64,000 nt of DNA from Candidatus Sulfomarinibacteraceae bacterium (GTDB taxonomy: Bacteria; Acidobacteriota; Thermoanaerobaculia; Thermoanaerobaculales; Sulfomarinibacteraceae): the NCBI GenBank assembly GCA_963796455.1, contig CAWCLO010000002.1, positions 1 through 64,000 of the forward strand, in the 5' to 3' direction. The position numbers were made by a program, and so were the translations under genes. Positions 1 through 11,177 of this stretch are shown one piece after another (the stretch's first letter is position 1; every line of letters begins with the position of its first letter). Under the pieces are notes generated by a model. That model searched no databases. It was not told the origin of the DNA and saw only the letters and a program-made list of their open reading frames with translations.

Positions 1-2
1 GC

Positions 3-104
3 ACGCTCGAAAAGCTGACCTTGACCATCGACCGCCCGGAGCTTTCGGAAGAAGACATCAAGAAGCTTCAGGCAGCCATGCACGCCAATCCGGCGAGCGA
101 TTAG
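3..104 (+). CDS. 3' end of a gene truncated by the window edge, probably an arylsulfatase
   Basis: Frame 3 reads TLEKLTLTIDRPELSEEDIKKLQAAMHANPASD*. This resembles the C-terminal tail of long-type arylsulfatases and fits the sulfatase neighbourhood. Confidence 0.5.
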   Translation, partial: TLEKLTLTIDRPELSEEDIKKLQAAMHANPASD

Positions 105-149
105 GGGCTGATCGAACGGAGGTGATTTATGTGGGGTGAGCGCGTGAAT

Positions 150-755
150 ATGACGTCATGCCGGTTGCCTCCGATTGATCTGGAGGGCTGGCGGCGTGGT
201 GCCTTGGTGCTGCTCATGTTCCTGGGGGTGGTGTGCGCCGCCGTGCCTCTCGGTGGACGCGACGGAGACCAAACGATCGCGGGCCGACGACGACGTGAGT
301 GCGGAGAAAGCCGGCGAAACCAACCAGAAGGAGGAGAAGGACGAGAAGGCTGACGGCGAGAAAAAGGGCCGCCCTTCATCGCCATTCCGATCTTCATCAC
401 CGAACCGGCAATCGGGTACGGCCTGGGCGGAGCCGTAGGGTACTTCCACAAAAAGAAGCATGCGACCGAATCGGGGAAGGAATCACACCCCCCGGCATTC
501 ACAGCGGAAACCGCCGCCAATGTGGGCAAGCACCAGAAAGTTCCGCCCACCATCACCGGATTTGGCGGCGCGTACACCGAGAATGGGACCTGGGGCGCCG
601 CCCTCGCCCACACGGCATCGTGGAAGAAGGACAAGATCCGATATACCGGTGCGATCGGCTACGCCCACGCGGTTTCCACCGTCTACTTGGGGGATCAGCC
701 CTACGACTTCAAGCTCGACACCGTCCTTTATGTCGTGATGGGACACAAATGGTGA
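150..755 (+). pseudogene. Disrupted BamA/TamA-like outer-membrane beta-barrel gene (frameshifts plus apparent internal deletion)
   Basis: Signal-like segment, then PFIAIPIFITEPAIGYGLGGAVGYF (about 372-446) and PPTITGFGGAYTENGTWG...IRYTG in different frames. It ends early in a beta-signal-like LYVVMGHKW*. Confidence 0.55.
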
Positions 756-797
756 TGCCGGAATTCGAAGATCATGAGTGAAACACGGAGGTAGACG

Positions 798-1518
798 ATG
801 AAACGACCGATCATTCTCGCGTTCGCAGTGACGGTGAGCCTGACTTTTGGCGCGACAGGTGTTTCTGCCCAGCAGCACATCCAGGCCCCGCAGCCGACTG
901 TTCCGGAAATCTATACGCTCGAAGGAGAGTTCACCCGCATCGCCTACAACAACGAGGGGTGGGTGACTCTCGGCTACCGCACGCAACAGCTTTCAGGGCA
1001 AGGACTGGATGCTGCTTGAGACCGGTGTGACGGTGCGGGACAAACATGCCAGTCAGGATCTGACCCGCGACAGCTTCAAGCTCAAGCTGCCCGATGGTTC
1101 GCTGGTGCCGCTCGCCACCCAGACCGAGTTCCAGGAAGCCGGTTATCTGCGGGAGATGAACCGCAACGCCGACAACTCGAAGGACTCGATCAACTACTTC
1201 CCGTCCAAGGCTAACCAGGCTTTCAAGATCCCCCTCTTCTCCTTGCCCGGGCAGCAAATCATGGCGATCGACAAGTTCGAGGTCAACTGGACCCGCGCCG
1301 GTCTCGGCCGGATCTTCTTCAACCTCCCCGAGGGCACCACCGTCCAACCCGGCCAGTACTGGTTGGTGGTGACCTTCAAGGGCGGCCCGGTGGAGGTGCC
1401 CTTCCGGATCCTGACCGAGGACGAGGAGAAGTTCCTCAGCAAAAACTGGAAAGACATCAAGAAGCAGTACGAGGATCATTTGAAGCAGGAGGCCGAGAAA
1501 GCCAAGCAGAAGCAGTGA
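798..1518 (+). CDS. Secreted hypothetical protein (frameshift near 985-1005)
   Basis: RBS GGAGG, then a signal peptide (MKRPIILAFAVTVSLTFGATGVSA). ORFs 798-1019 and 1009-1518 overlap and read as one protein. Confidence 0.65.
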
Positions 1519-1580
1519 GCGCGTAGCTGTTCTCTCTGGACAAGAGAAGACACCGGGTCCGGCCTCGTGCCGGGCCCCTT

Positions 1581-4500
1581 CTATTCTTGCGAGTTCGTTG
1601 CGGGAGTGCTGGCGCCGTGGCCGATCTTCTCGAGCGCCTTTTGGCAGACATCTTTCCCTGCAGTGACGCGGTCCCACATTCCCTTGGCCAAAAGCGAGAT
1701 CCCCATGGTGGCCACCGCGACTCCGGTCGAGGCCACCGCCTGTATGGGTTTGAGTTCGATCGCCGGTTTGCCGAGGGTGCCGCCGAGCTTGATATAGGGG
1801 TTGGTGATCATACTGGCTGAGATGCCGATGCCCTTGCGTGGTTTGGTCACCCACGCGAGATCCAGCTCCTCGGTGCCGAGGTCGACCCTGCCGTCGCCGA
1901 GCATGGTCATCTTGTCGCTCTGCAGGGCCATCGGGTCCAAGGTCACCAGGCCCTGGTCGAATCGGAGGAGAATGACCGCGCACTCGAGTTCGGTCGCGGC
2001 TTCCTCCTTGGAAAAGGGATTGAAGGCCTTGAGCAGGGTGAGCAGGATGTCAGCCGAGATAATGTCGAAGACCCGGTTGTCCATCACTCCCGCCCCGGCG
2101 ATGATCTGAATCGACCCGTTGCTGGAACCGGCGAATTCGTGCGCGGTCGAGCCCTGCGCCTGCAAGCGGATGTCGATATCGATGGGTGGCTTGTCGCCGG
2201 CGGAAACCTCCTCCAGATCCGGCGGATTGAGACGAATTCCGTTGATATCCAGAGCGAGGTCGGTGCGGTAGGCGCCGCCGTTCGGTTCCAGGACAAATGA
2301 ACCGGATCCGTTCCCGCCGCGCGAACCCTTCATTGCGAGGCGGTGGATATCGAGCCGGCCTTCGACCAGGTTCGCATTCAACTCGACATCGCGAAAGCGT
2401 TCGACCGGCATCTGGAGTGTGGCGACCGAGATTTGGACATCGGCGTTCGCCCGGTGCAGCCAAGCAAAATCGATTGGGTCTTTCGAAAACACCAATTGAC
2501 CCTTCGATTTCTCAGACGCAGCAGGCTCGTCTGCTGTCGTGTCTCCTCGTCGCGGAAAACCGGGCACCAACGCCGCAAAATCGAGGTGTTTGGATGAGAT
2601 GCGGGCGGTGATTTCGGGTTTGCCCCGGGTATCCACTTCGAGCGAGCCCTTGATATCGGAATCGCCGAGAGTGATCTCGAGCCCGTCGGCGATGAATTCT
2701 TCCGGAGTGGCCTCGAAGGAGCCTCCGATCTCGAAAGGCTCGTCCGGGAGTTTGTCAAAACCGGTGAGCGCCGCGATGAGAGCGGTCCCGGGCCCCGAGG
2801 CGTGGAGATCCAGATCGGTGCCGATCAGATGCGGTCTCTCGCCGAGGTTGCCGTGGAAATCGACCGCGTGCCCGGCGAGCCGAATCGCCACCCGGTCGAA
2901 TACAAAGGCCGACTCGGTACGTTTGATGGTGCCGCTGACCTTGAAGGGTTCCACCGGAACCTCGACGCCCGTCAGGGCCCTGAAGAGGGAGGCATCGGGG
3001 CCATCGCCCTCGATGGTGAGGTCGGTTCCGATGAGGCCGGGCAGGACGCCGATGCGGCCGTCGATCCTGACTTCCGCCGTGTCGAGGGTGGCGCGCAGAT
3101 CATCGATCTCGTACCCGGACTCGACGATGTGGAGACGGGTGGTCAGCATGAACGGGTGAGACGGCAGGTCAGGCAGCGTCGCGAGGTCTGCGAGGAGCCG
3201 CCCTGTAGATCCGAGATCGGGCGCTGATGTCTCGATCCGGATGTCGGTACCCACCAGACCTTTGACGGGAATCACCGTGCCGTTGACCATGGCGCGGGTT
3301 TGGTCGACTGTGGCGTCCACTTCGCTGAGGTGGTAGGCACCGTCTTCTATTTGCACATTTCCGGCGATCGAGAAGGGTGCCGCCGGCAGCCCGGAGAAGC
3401 TGAAATACGGACCGAGGGATGACAACAGCGGACCGTGGACCGAGAACTGGCCTTTCGTGCCTTCGAGACCGTTGGCTGGAGCGATCAGGCCATTCACCGC
3501 CACCTCGACATCGCCGGCCGTCCCGGTGGTGCTGTCGAGCCGGATTCCCTCGGGCTCGACTCGCAGTCTGCCATCGACGGCTGCGGCCACATCAGGAAAG
3601 CCGGTCACCCCGACAATAGACACCGCATGCGACAGATCGAGGTCCTCGACTTTGATCTGGAGATCGGAACCGACAAGACCACTCGCCGTCGACAGGCGAC
3701 CGTCACCGTGTGTCTCGAGGCTGCCGACCGTGGCCGATACGCCGTCGAGCCGGAGCGCGGACTCGAGAATGGCGAGGCCGCCTTCGACGGACCACGCTTC
3801 GGGAGGCAGGTTGTCGAGTCCTGTCAGGTCTCGAAAAATTGAGGCGTCCGGACCCTGTCCAACGATCTGCAGGGTCGATCCAGAGAGGCCGTTCCCGGTC
3901 TTCAGCGTTCCGTCGACCCGGAGTCCGATCGGACCGATCCGGGCCGTGACGCCGTCGAGTGTCAGAGCCTGCTCACCCGTACCGAGCCGGCCGTCGATCG
4001 TAAACGGCTCTGCGGGGAGCTCGAGCCCGACGAGGTGATCGAAAAGCGCGATGTTCGGGCCCTCGGCGTGGATGCTCAGGGTCGTGCCGGTATGGTCGGG
4101 GGGGTCGCCCACTCTGCCGTTCGCAGAAACGACGGTCCGTCCGATCTTGGTTTCGAGATGATCCACCTCGAGGCCCCCGTCCACACGGACCACACGGCCG
4201 GTGACCGAAAAACGGTCGTGGGGCAGGTCGATTCCCACGAAGGCCCCGATGGTGGAAACATCGGGGCCATCCCCCCGAAGCTGGAAATCGGTTCCCATCA
4301 TGCTCGGCGGCGCCCCGAGCACCCCGTCAACAAAGAGATGATTGTCGCCGACCGTCATCTCGACCTCGGTGAAGGTGACAGGGAAGCCCTCCCAACGGAC
4401 CCCGCCCGCAACCGAGAACTCTTCGTCCGGGAGGTCCGCGACGCCGGTCAGTGCGCTCACCGTGCGGATGTCCGGTCCCGATGCTTTCACCGTGGCGTCG

Positions 4501-5450
4501 AGACTCGTCCATCGGGTCAATGAATCGACGACTCCGGTCATGTGGGCGCTCATGCCGGCCGCTCGGAGGTCGAGATCGATGCTCGAGCCCGACGCCGCCG
4601 GTCGGACGGAGGCGTTGGCGGAAAACGGACCCTCGATGACGGGATCGAGAGCAAAGATGGTGAGGAACTGTCCGGTCTCGGAACCGCTGACCGAAGCGAC
4701 GGTTTCAACTCCGGTCAAGGACGACAGATCGTCGATTGTTCCTTTGAGAGAGAATTCGGTGTCGGCGAGGCGACCATTGAGATCGTGTTCCACTGTATTG
4801 GCGTTGATCAGACCGGTGAAGGTGCCGATTCGGCCGGAGATCTCCAGGGGTTTTTGTTCGAGGGTGCCAATGAGATCCAGATTGAGTATGCCGGTGCCGT
4901 CGTCCGTGAACCCGAGACGATCCAGGTGCGCCTCGAACGCGGCACGGCCGGCCTGGGAGTAGATGAGCACTGCATCCGACAGCTCAGCGTTCTCAATGAC
5001 CATCTCGAACTCGCCATCACCCGGACTGGGGGTCGGGGATGGTTTGCCGTCGCCGAGGTTCCAGTTGAAGCGATGCTCCGAATCCGTCTCGAAGAGGACT
5101 CGGGCGCCGGTGATCTCGATGTCCCGGAGCGTCAAAGGACCGAAGAAGATCGATAGCAGGTCGATCTCGCCGGACAGGCGATCCACAACCACCATGCAGG
5201 GATCCTCGCTCCACTCCGGGTTGGCCAGGGAGAGCTCGGTCGCGTGGACTCGAGTGGAGAAACCGATCTCCGGATTGAAATCACCATCGATCCGCAGCTC
5301 CCGGCCGATGGCGTCGGATGCGATCCGTGCCACCGTGTCTCGCCACCCACTGAGGTCGGCGAAGTTGAGGTAGAGGCATAGGCTTGCCACCAGGAGCAGC
5401 GGCACTCCGAAAATGGCCCCGAGAACGATGAGTCTGCGGCGTTTCTGCAA
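1581..5450 (-). CDS. Large AsmA-family protein
   Basis: N-terminal TM anchor followed by IGRELRIDG...ANPEWSEDP. Repetitive Gly-rich beta segments. AsmA-like C-terminus (TELECAV...MLGDGRVDLGTEELDL...IKLGGTLGKP). Probable TTG start at 5450, just after the mscS stop. Confidence 0.85.
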   Translation of the reverse strand: MQKRRRLIVLGAIFGVPLLLVASLCLYLNFADLSGWRDTVARIASDAIGRELRIDGDFNPEIGFSTRVHATELSLANPEWSEDPCMVVVDRLSGEIDLLSIFFGPLTLRDIEITGARVLFETDSEHRFNWNLGDGKPSPTPSPGDGEFEMVIENAELSDAVLIYSQAGRAAFEAHLDRLGFTDDGTGILNLDLIGTLEQKPLEISGRIGTFTGLINANTVEHDLNGRLADTEFSLKGTIDDLSSLTGVETVASVSGSETGQFLTIFALDPVIEGPFSANASVRPAASGSSIDLDLRAAGMSAHMTGVVDSLTRWTSLDATVKASGPDIRTVSALTGVADLPDEEFSVAGGVRWEGFPVTFTEVEMTVGDNHLFVDGVLGAPPSMMGTDFQLRGDGPDVSTIGAFVGIDLPHDRFSVTGRVVRVDGGLEVDHLETKIGRTVVSANGRVGDPPDHTGTTLSIHAEGPNIALFDHLVGLELPAEPFTIDGRLGTGEQALTLDGVTARIGPIGLRVDGTLKTGNGLSGSTLQIVGQGPDASIFRDLTGLDNLPPEAWSVEGGLAILESALRLDGVSATVGSLETHGDGRLSTASGLVGSDLQIKVEDLDLSHAVSIVGVTGFPDVAAAVDGRLRVEPEGIRLDSTTGTAGDVEVAVNGLIAPANGLEGTKGQFSVHGPLLSSLGPYFSFSGLPAAPFSIAGNVQIEDGAYHLSEVDATVDQTRAMVNGTVIPVKGLVGTDIRIETSAPDLGSTGRLLADLATLPDLPSHPFMLTTRLHIVESGYEIDDLRATLDTAEVRIDGRIGVLPGLIGTDLTIEGDGPDASLFRALTGVEVPVEPFKVSGTIKRTESAFVFDRVAIRLAGHAVDFHGNLGERPHLIGTDLDLHASGPGTALIAALTGFDKLPDEPFEIGGSFEATPEEFIADGLEITLGDSDIKGSLEVDTRGKPEITARISSKHLDFAALVPGFPRRGDTTADEPAASEKSKGQLVFSKDPIDFAWLHRANADVQISVATLQMPVERFRDVELNANLVEGRLDIHRLAMKGSRGGNGSGSFVLEPNGGAYRTDLALDINGIRLNPPDLEEVSAGDKPPIDIDIRLQAQGSTAHEFAGSSNGSIQIIAGAGVMDNRVFDIISADILLTLLKAFNPFSKEEAATELECAVILLRFDQGLVTLDPMALQSDKMTMLGDGRVDLGTEELDLAWVTKPRKGIGISASMITNPYIKLGGTLGKPAIELKPIQAVASTGVAVATMGISLLAKGMWDRVTAGKDVCQKALEKIGHGASTPATNSQE

Positions 5451-5457
5451 ATGTCCC

Positions 5458-7128
5458 TCAGGTCGTCCGGGACGGGTTCGCGGGTTGATCGACCGCATAG
5501 TGGATCTCGGTGGGCAGGGCCAGACGGGTGCCCGCGCGCTCGACGATTCCCATGACCTCGACGAGGATGCCCTCGCGAATTTCGAGAAACTCGGGCCAGT
5601 CACTGGTCATCGCATAGGCGAAGACCTCGATTTCCAGGAAATGGTCTCCGAAGCCGGTGAAACGTACCCGCACCGAGTCGTCGGAGATTTGAGGGTGCCC
5701 GACGAGCAGGGCCCTGAAACCTTCAAGAACCTGTTGGAGTTGGTCACGGGTGGTTTCGTAGCGCAGACACAACTCCTCGCGCAGAAGGACCTGGTCCCTT
5801 TCGGTCAGATTCTCGAGGTGGATCTTGGCGAAATCCGCGTTGGGAATGGTCACGATGGTTCGGTCGAGAGTCCTGATCTTGACCGAACGGAGCCCCACAT
5901 CCTCGACGGTTCCCCGTTGGCCACCGAAGCGGCAAACGTCCCCCACTTTCACCGGTTGATCGGCGTAGAGGATGATGCCGCCTATGAAGTTCTCGAGGGT
6001 GCCCTGGGCCGCGAGGGCGATGGCCAGACCACCGACGCCGAGACCGGCGATGAGGCCCGCCACAGGCACCCCCAGAAGCTGGAGGGCCTTGAGTGTGATC
6101 GCCGTGACGACAATGATCGTAGCGACGCGAAAAACCACCCGAACCAGTTGTTTTTTCAGTGGGCGGGCCCGGCGAAAACCGAAGCGCACAACCAGTTCGC
6201 CGAATCGCGTGACCCCCACCGATGCCAACCAGGCCAGGCCGATGTAGCCGATCATCGAAAAGACGAGCTGCAGGATGAGGGCCGGGGCACCCGGAAGCTG
6301 GAACATCCGCCTCAGAATGACACTGCTGGCGATCGGAATCATGATCAGGGCCAGCGGCGGAAGGAAGGCCCCCAGGCCGCGGCCGAACAGGAGGCTATTC
6401 TCCCAGCGGCGGCCGATCCAAGTGATCGCTGCAACCGCCAGGGTCAGCACAAGCACCATGAATGCGAGACCGAACCACTGCCACACGAACATTCCACCGA
6501 TTTTCGAACGAAACCACGACGGCATCAGCTCGGTGAGTTTGCGCAGCACGATGGCGTCGGTGCCGGAACGAAGCTCTTCGACATGGCCTCCCTGACGGCC
6601 CGGTTTGTAGGGCAGGTGCTTGGTCTTCTGGTAAAAGCTGTCAGCCTCGGCGACGGTCCGGGTCGAAAAAAGCCACTCGCCCTGGAAGTCTCCCTCTTTT
6701 TGCAAAACCAGCGAGATCTCGGTGTGCGGGATCGTCCACTGCGAAATGGATTGTTCGGCAACGGCTGAGGCATCGGGGATCAGCTCCACGGGTGGCAGCT
6801 CGATCCGGTCGAGGATATCCTTCAGCAAGAGGGCGGTCTCGGCCGAGACCTCGTGAAAGACCAGGGGTGGGATCGAGCTGAGATCCAGGCACCCCCTGGC
6901 GTCGAGGAAAGGCTCCTGAAACGACGGGTCTCCGGTGGAGTACAAATCCCACGCCCGATCAACCGAAACCAGAAATGTCTCGATCGTTGCCCGCGGGCTC
7001 GAGCGATCCGGCGGCTCGAGGGGGTGCTCGGACGCAACCAACACGACCGGCATGAGCGTGCCGAAAGTTGCCAACAGAGCGGCCACGATGTTTCGTTTCC
7101 GCAAGATCGAGGTGTGGCATGTGGTCAT
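5458..7128 (-). CDS. Mechanosensitive ion channel, MscS family, with periplasmic N-terminal domain
   Basis: SSPRATIETF; LIAGLGVGGLAIALAAQGTLENFIGG...PVKVGD...GTVEDVGLRSVKIRTLDRTIVTIPNA. RBS AGGAG before ATG 7128. Confidence 0.92.
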   Translation of the reverse strand: MTTCHTSILRKRNIVAALLATFGTLMPVVLVASEHPLEPPDRSSPRATIETFLVSVDRAWDLYSTGDPSFQEPFLDARGCLDLSSIPPLVFHEVSAETALLLKDILDRIELPPVELIPDASAVAEQSISQWTIPHTEISLVLQKEGDFQGEWLFSTRTVAEADSFYQKTKHLPYKPGRQGGHVEELRSGTDAIVLRKLTELMPSWFRSKIGGMFVWQWFGLAFMVLVLTLAVAAITWIGRRWENSLLFGRGLGAFLPPLALIMIPIASSVILRRMFQLPGAPALILQLVFSMIGYIGLAWLASVGVTRFGELVVRFGFRRARPLKKQLVRVVFRVATIIVVTAITLKALQLLGVPVAGLIAGLGVGGLAIALAAQGTLENFIGGIILYADQPVKVGDVCRFGGQRGTVEDVGLRSVKIRTLDRTIVTIPNADFAKIHLENLTERDQVLLREELCLRYETTRDQLQQVLEGFRALLVGHPQISDDSVRVRFTGFGDHFLEIEVFAYAMTSDWPEFLEIREGILVEVMGIVERAGTRLALPTEIHYAVDQPANPSRTT

Positions 7129-7359
7129 TTTTCTCTCCTGAATCAGGCTCATGCTAACAGAGGCATCGGGTGATTGGGTCCCGTGTTGCGCTCAAGTGAC
7201 CCGGTGATCCCCGGGGCCCTGACGCCGCTTTCACTCGCCCTGGTGGCGACCGCTGCAATTTGTCCTATGCGATTCCGATGTGGGGCGTTTTGAGAGTTCG
7301 GAATTCGGAATCAGGAATATTGTTTTGATATGAGAAACCCGAAGACAAAGGAGAGTGAC

Positions 7360-8895
7360 ATGAGATCGAATGGATTGAAGCTCGCCGTCCTGGCTCTGTT
7401 GACGGTGGCCCTTGCGGGCACCGCCGCAGCGCAGGACAAACCCAACATCCTCGTGATCTGGGGAGACGATATTGGCCAGTTCAACGTCTCCGCATACAAC
7501 ATGGGCATGATGGGCTACAAAACGCCAAACATTGATCGTATCGCGAGAGAAGGGGCCTTGTTCACGGACTGGTATGGCCAGCAGAGCTGCACTGCCGGCC
7601 GCGCCGCATTTATCACCGGCCAGTCGCCCATGCGCACCGGTCTGACAAAGGTCGGACTTCCGGGCGCGCCGGAAGGAATGCAGAAGGAGGACCCGACGAT
7701 CGCCGGGCTGCTCAAGGAGCACGGCTACATGACTGGCCAGTTCGGTAAGAACCACCTCGGCGACCGCGACGAGATGTTGCCGACCAACCATGGTTTCGAC
7801 GAGTTCTTCGGCAACCTCTACCATCTGAACGCGGAGCAGGAGCCGGAGCACCCCGACTACCCGAAGGACCCGGCTTTCAAGGAAAAGTTCGGCCCGCGCG
7901 GGGTCATCCACTCCTATGCCGATGGCCGAATCGAGGACACCGGTCCGTTGACCAAGAAGCGGATGGAAACGGTTGACGAGGAAGTCACCGTCGCGGCACT
8001 CGATTTCATGGACAGGGCTACCAAGGCTGAAAAGCCCTTCTTCGTCTGGTGGAATTCGACCCGGATGCACATCTGGACTCACCTCAAGGCGGAGTCCGAG
8101 GGCAAGACCGGTCTCGGTGTCTACGCTGACGGCATGGTCGAACACGACGGGATGGTGGGCCAGTTGCTCGCCAAACTTGACGAACTCGGCATCGCTGACA
8201 ACACCATCGTTATGTACTCCACCGACAACGGCGCAGAGTTCTTCTCGTGGCCTGACGGCGGTACGACGATGTTCCGAAACGAAAAGGCCACCCAATGGGA
8301 GGGCGGCTTCCGCGTGCCGACAGCAATCCGTTGGCCGGGTGTGATCGAACCCGGAACGGTGAACAATGAGGTCGGCGCGCACGAAGACATGCTCACTACG
8401 CTGCTCGCCGCAGCGGGGGATCCTGACGTGAAAGGCGATCTGCTCAAGGGCAAAACGGCCGGAGACATGACTTACAAGGTCCACCTCGACGGCTATAATC
8501 TACTGCCCGCGCTCAAAGGGGAGGCCGAGTGGCCGCGTAAGGAGTTCCTCTATTGGACTGACGACGGCAGCGTTGCGGCCTTGCGCTACAACGATTGGAA
8601 GATCACATTCCTCAGACAGAACGCCCATGGCGTCGACGTTTGGACCAGTCAATTTGAGGTGTTGCGAGCACCGATGCTCGCGAATCTGAGGATGGATCCA
8701 TTCGAGCGGGCTTTCGACGAAAGTATCGGCTACTCCAAATGGTGGGTCGATCACATGTTCGTGTTTGCCCCGGCCGGCGCTTATGTCGGCAGATGGCTGC
8801 AGAGCTTCCGCGAGTTTCCGCCGCGCCAGAAACCCGGCAGCTTCAACCTCGAGAACGTGATGGACGCGATAGCCAAAGGCGCGGGTGACAAGTAA
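7360..8895 (+). CDS. Secreted arylsulfatase (S1, Cys-type formylglycine-dependent)
   Basis: Signal peptide; KPNILVIWGDD; SCTAGRAAFITG (CxxxR motif); GKNHLG; STDNG. RBS AGGAG. Confidence 0.95.
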   Translation: MRSNGLKLAVLALLTVALAGTAAAQDKPNILVIWGDDIGQFNVSAYNMGMMGYKTPNIDRIAREGALFTDWYGQQSCTAGRAAFITGQSPMRTGLTKVGLPGAPEGMQKEDPTIAGLLKEHGYMTGQFGKNHLGDRDEMLPTNHGFDEFFGNLYHLNAEQEPEHPDYPKDPAFKEKFGPRGVIHSYADGRIEDTGPLTKKRMETVDEEVTVAALDFMDRATKAEKPFFVWWNSTRMHIWTHLKAESEGKTGLGVYADGMVEHDGMVGQLLAKLDELGIADNTIVMYSTDNGAEFFSWPDGGTTMFRNEKATQWEGGFRVPTAIRWPGVIEPGTVNNEVGAHEDMLTTLLAAAGDPDVKGDLLKGKTAGDMTYKVHLDGYNLLPALKGEAEWPRKEFLYWTDDGSVAALRYNDWKITFLRQNAHGVDVWTSQFEVLRAPMLANLRMDPFERAFDESIGYSKWWVDHMFVFAPAGAYVGRWLQSFREFPPRQKPGSFNLENVMDAIAKGAGDK

Positions 8896-8909
8896 CGGCC
8901 GAGTTTTTC

Positions 8910-8939
8910 CCGGGGGCCTCGTGGCCCCCGGTTTGTTTT
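8910..8939 (+). terminator. Intrinsic terminator after the sulfatase
   Basis: CCGGGGGCC-tcgt-GGCCCCCGG stem followed by TTTGTTTT. Confidence 0.75.
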
Positions 8940-9195
8940 CAGCCAAATGAGGAAAGAGGAATTCGGAATTCTCTGGTGCGCGACGGTATACCCAAGGATG
9001 AGAAACTCGGTGTTCAGATCGAAGGCTTTGCCGAGCCCCTGGCGGCGCTGGTGACCTTGCCCTTCGCCTTTTTGGGCGAACTGGCCTGGAATCTGGCTTG
9101 GTTGGCCTATATCCCAAGCGCAGCTTTTCTCAGGCGCCGCGATAGATCGGTCGGGAACGATGTATTATGTTGAGTCACAGATCATGAAGGAGAAT

Positions 9196-10063
9196 ATGAT
9201 GTCGAGACAAATTCGTTTTTCGATCGCGGGCGTTGCGCTCGCAGCGGCCGTCCTCATGGCGGCGGCCCCGGCCGAGGCCCAGCGCGAGTTCGAACCGCTC
9301 TTTGACAAGTTCAATTTCAAGGCGGAGTTCAGCTGGGTTGCGTTAAACACCCAGATTCGCCTCGATTCGGAGGTGCTCGGCAGAGGAACCACCCTCAACT
9401 TCGAGGACGACCTCAACCTTGGCAGCAACGAGGCCATTCCGACCCTGGCCTTCGAATGGCAGATCGCCAAGAAGCATCGTCTGGGTGTGCGTTGGCAGGA
9501 CATCTCTCGCGGTTCGTCAACCCAGGCTTTGACCGAAATCCAGTGGGGCGACGAGACCATTCCCATCGATGCCGATATCGGTCTGGGCTTTGACATCAAT
9601 CAGCTTTACCTCGATTACACCTACTACCCCTGGGTCAAGGAGAAATGGGCGGCCGGTTTCGGCATCGGTTTCCGGGTGATGGAGATCCAGGCCACCTTGT
9701 CATGGGCTTCCGACAGTATCGAGGGTATCGATGGCGAGGGCAGCAGCGACGTCAAGGGAACGGCGCCGCTCCCATATCTCTACTTCGACTACCGCCGGCT
9801 CTTTGGTGAGAAATGGCGAATGAACGCCGGGCTCGGGTGGCTCTATGTCGAGCATCGACGACATCTCGGGCGGCCAGTGGATCGGCCGGCTCAGCATGGA
9901 ATACCTTGTCGGACACCGGTGGAGCTTTGGTGCCGCACTCAATCTCTCCAAGATCGACGTCGATTGGGATGCCGTCTCGAACGACGAAATGGGGAACCTG
10001 CTCCACATGGCATTCGACATGGACATCAACGACTTCTCGGTCTTCGCCCGGGTGAGGTTCTAG
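9196..10063 (+). CDS. Outer-membrane beta-barrel protein, paralog 1 (single frameshift near 9850)
   Basis: Signal peptide. Collinear with the paralog at 10193-11053. The C-terminal part is in ORF 9845-10063 and ends in ARVRF (terminal Phe). Confidence 0.75.
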
Positions 10064-10192
10064 GCCGCCGATTCGGAAGCTCGCCGCCAGGTTGAGACCG
10101 TAAGATCTCGTCGACTCCGTGGCGCGCCGTCGGTGCGAGGTGCGCCGGGAAACGATATGATGCGGACGCGCAAAATTCGTCTGGGGGGACGC

Positions 10193-11053
10193 ATGTCCGC
10201 AATCGCGAATCGAAAAGGCCTCGCCATCGGAGCGGTGTGGTGTGCTCTGGTTTTCTCGGCCGTTGGAACCGCCGAAGCGCAACGCGAGTTCGAGCCGCTG
10301 TTCGACAAGTTCAATTTCAAAGCGGAGTTCAGTTGGGTGGGGCTGTCGACGGATATTCGGCTCGACTCGGAGACGCTCGGTCGCGGGACCACACTCAGCT
10401 TCGAGGACGATCTCGATCTGGGCAACCGAGAGGCCATCCCGACGCTCGCCTTCGAATGGCAGATCGCCAAGCGGCACGGCCTCGGTCTGCGCGGGCAGGA
10501 CATCAACCGCAGCTCGTCGTCGCAGGCCTTGATCGAGATCCAGTGGGGCAACGAGATCATTCCGATCAATGCCAATATCTTCCTCGGCTTCGACATTGCC
10601 CAGGTCTTTCTCGACTACACCTATTACCCGTGGGTCAAGGAAGACTGGGCCTTCGGGTTCGGTCTGGGGTTCCGGGTGATGGAGATTCAGGTGGCGTTAT
10701 CGTACGAGGACGAGAACAACGAGATCGAAGAAACCACCGATATCAGAGCCACGGCACCGCTGCCCTATCTCTATGCCGATTATCGCCGGCTCTTTGGTGA
10801 GAACTGGCGCTTCAACGCTGGAATCGGGTGGTTGTACATCAACATCGACGATATCTCCGGAGGTCAGTGGATCGGTCGGCTGAGCATCGAGTACCTGGTC
10901 GGGAAACGGTGGGCCTTCGGTGGCGCCCTCAACCTCTCCCAGATCGACGTCGACTGGGACGCCATCGAGACCGACAACTTGGGGAACCTGCTGCATTTGG
11001 CGCTCGATATGGGTATCAACGACTTCTCGGTCTATGCCCGGGTGAGGTTCTAA
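10193..11053 (+). CDS. Outer-membrane beta-barrel protein, paralog 2
   Basis: Signal peptide, amphipathic beta-strands, DLDLG, APLPY, C-terminal YARVRF. Confidence 0.8.
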   Translation: MSAIANRKGLAIGAVWCALVFSAVGTAEAQREFEPLFDKFNFKAEFSWVGLSTDIRLDSETLGRGTTLSFEDDLDLGNREAIPTLAFEWQIAKRHGLGLRGQDINRSSSSQALIEIQWGNEIIPINANIFLGFDIAQVFLDYTYYPWVKEDWAFGFGLGFRVMEIQVALSYEDENNEIEETTDIRATAPLPYLYADYRRLFGENWRFNAGIGWLYINIDDISGGQWIGRLSIEYLVGKRWAFGGALNLSQIDVDWDAIETDNLGNLLHLALDMGINDFSVYARVRF

Positions 11054-11177
11054 CGCCCATCCGGCCGATATGGAAGCTGGATGCCGGTCCGGATTTCGAT
11101 GTGGTCTTGTCGCCAATAGGTTGGCGTGGGGCGACCACTGAACCCCGGAAGTTGTTTATTCGGAGGGGCTGAACATT

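Noticed and set aside
8976..9173. Small 65-aa ORF between the sulfatase and the barrel gene
   Set aside because: It has no convincing RBS or recognisable motif and is probably spurious.
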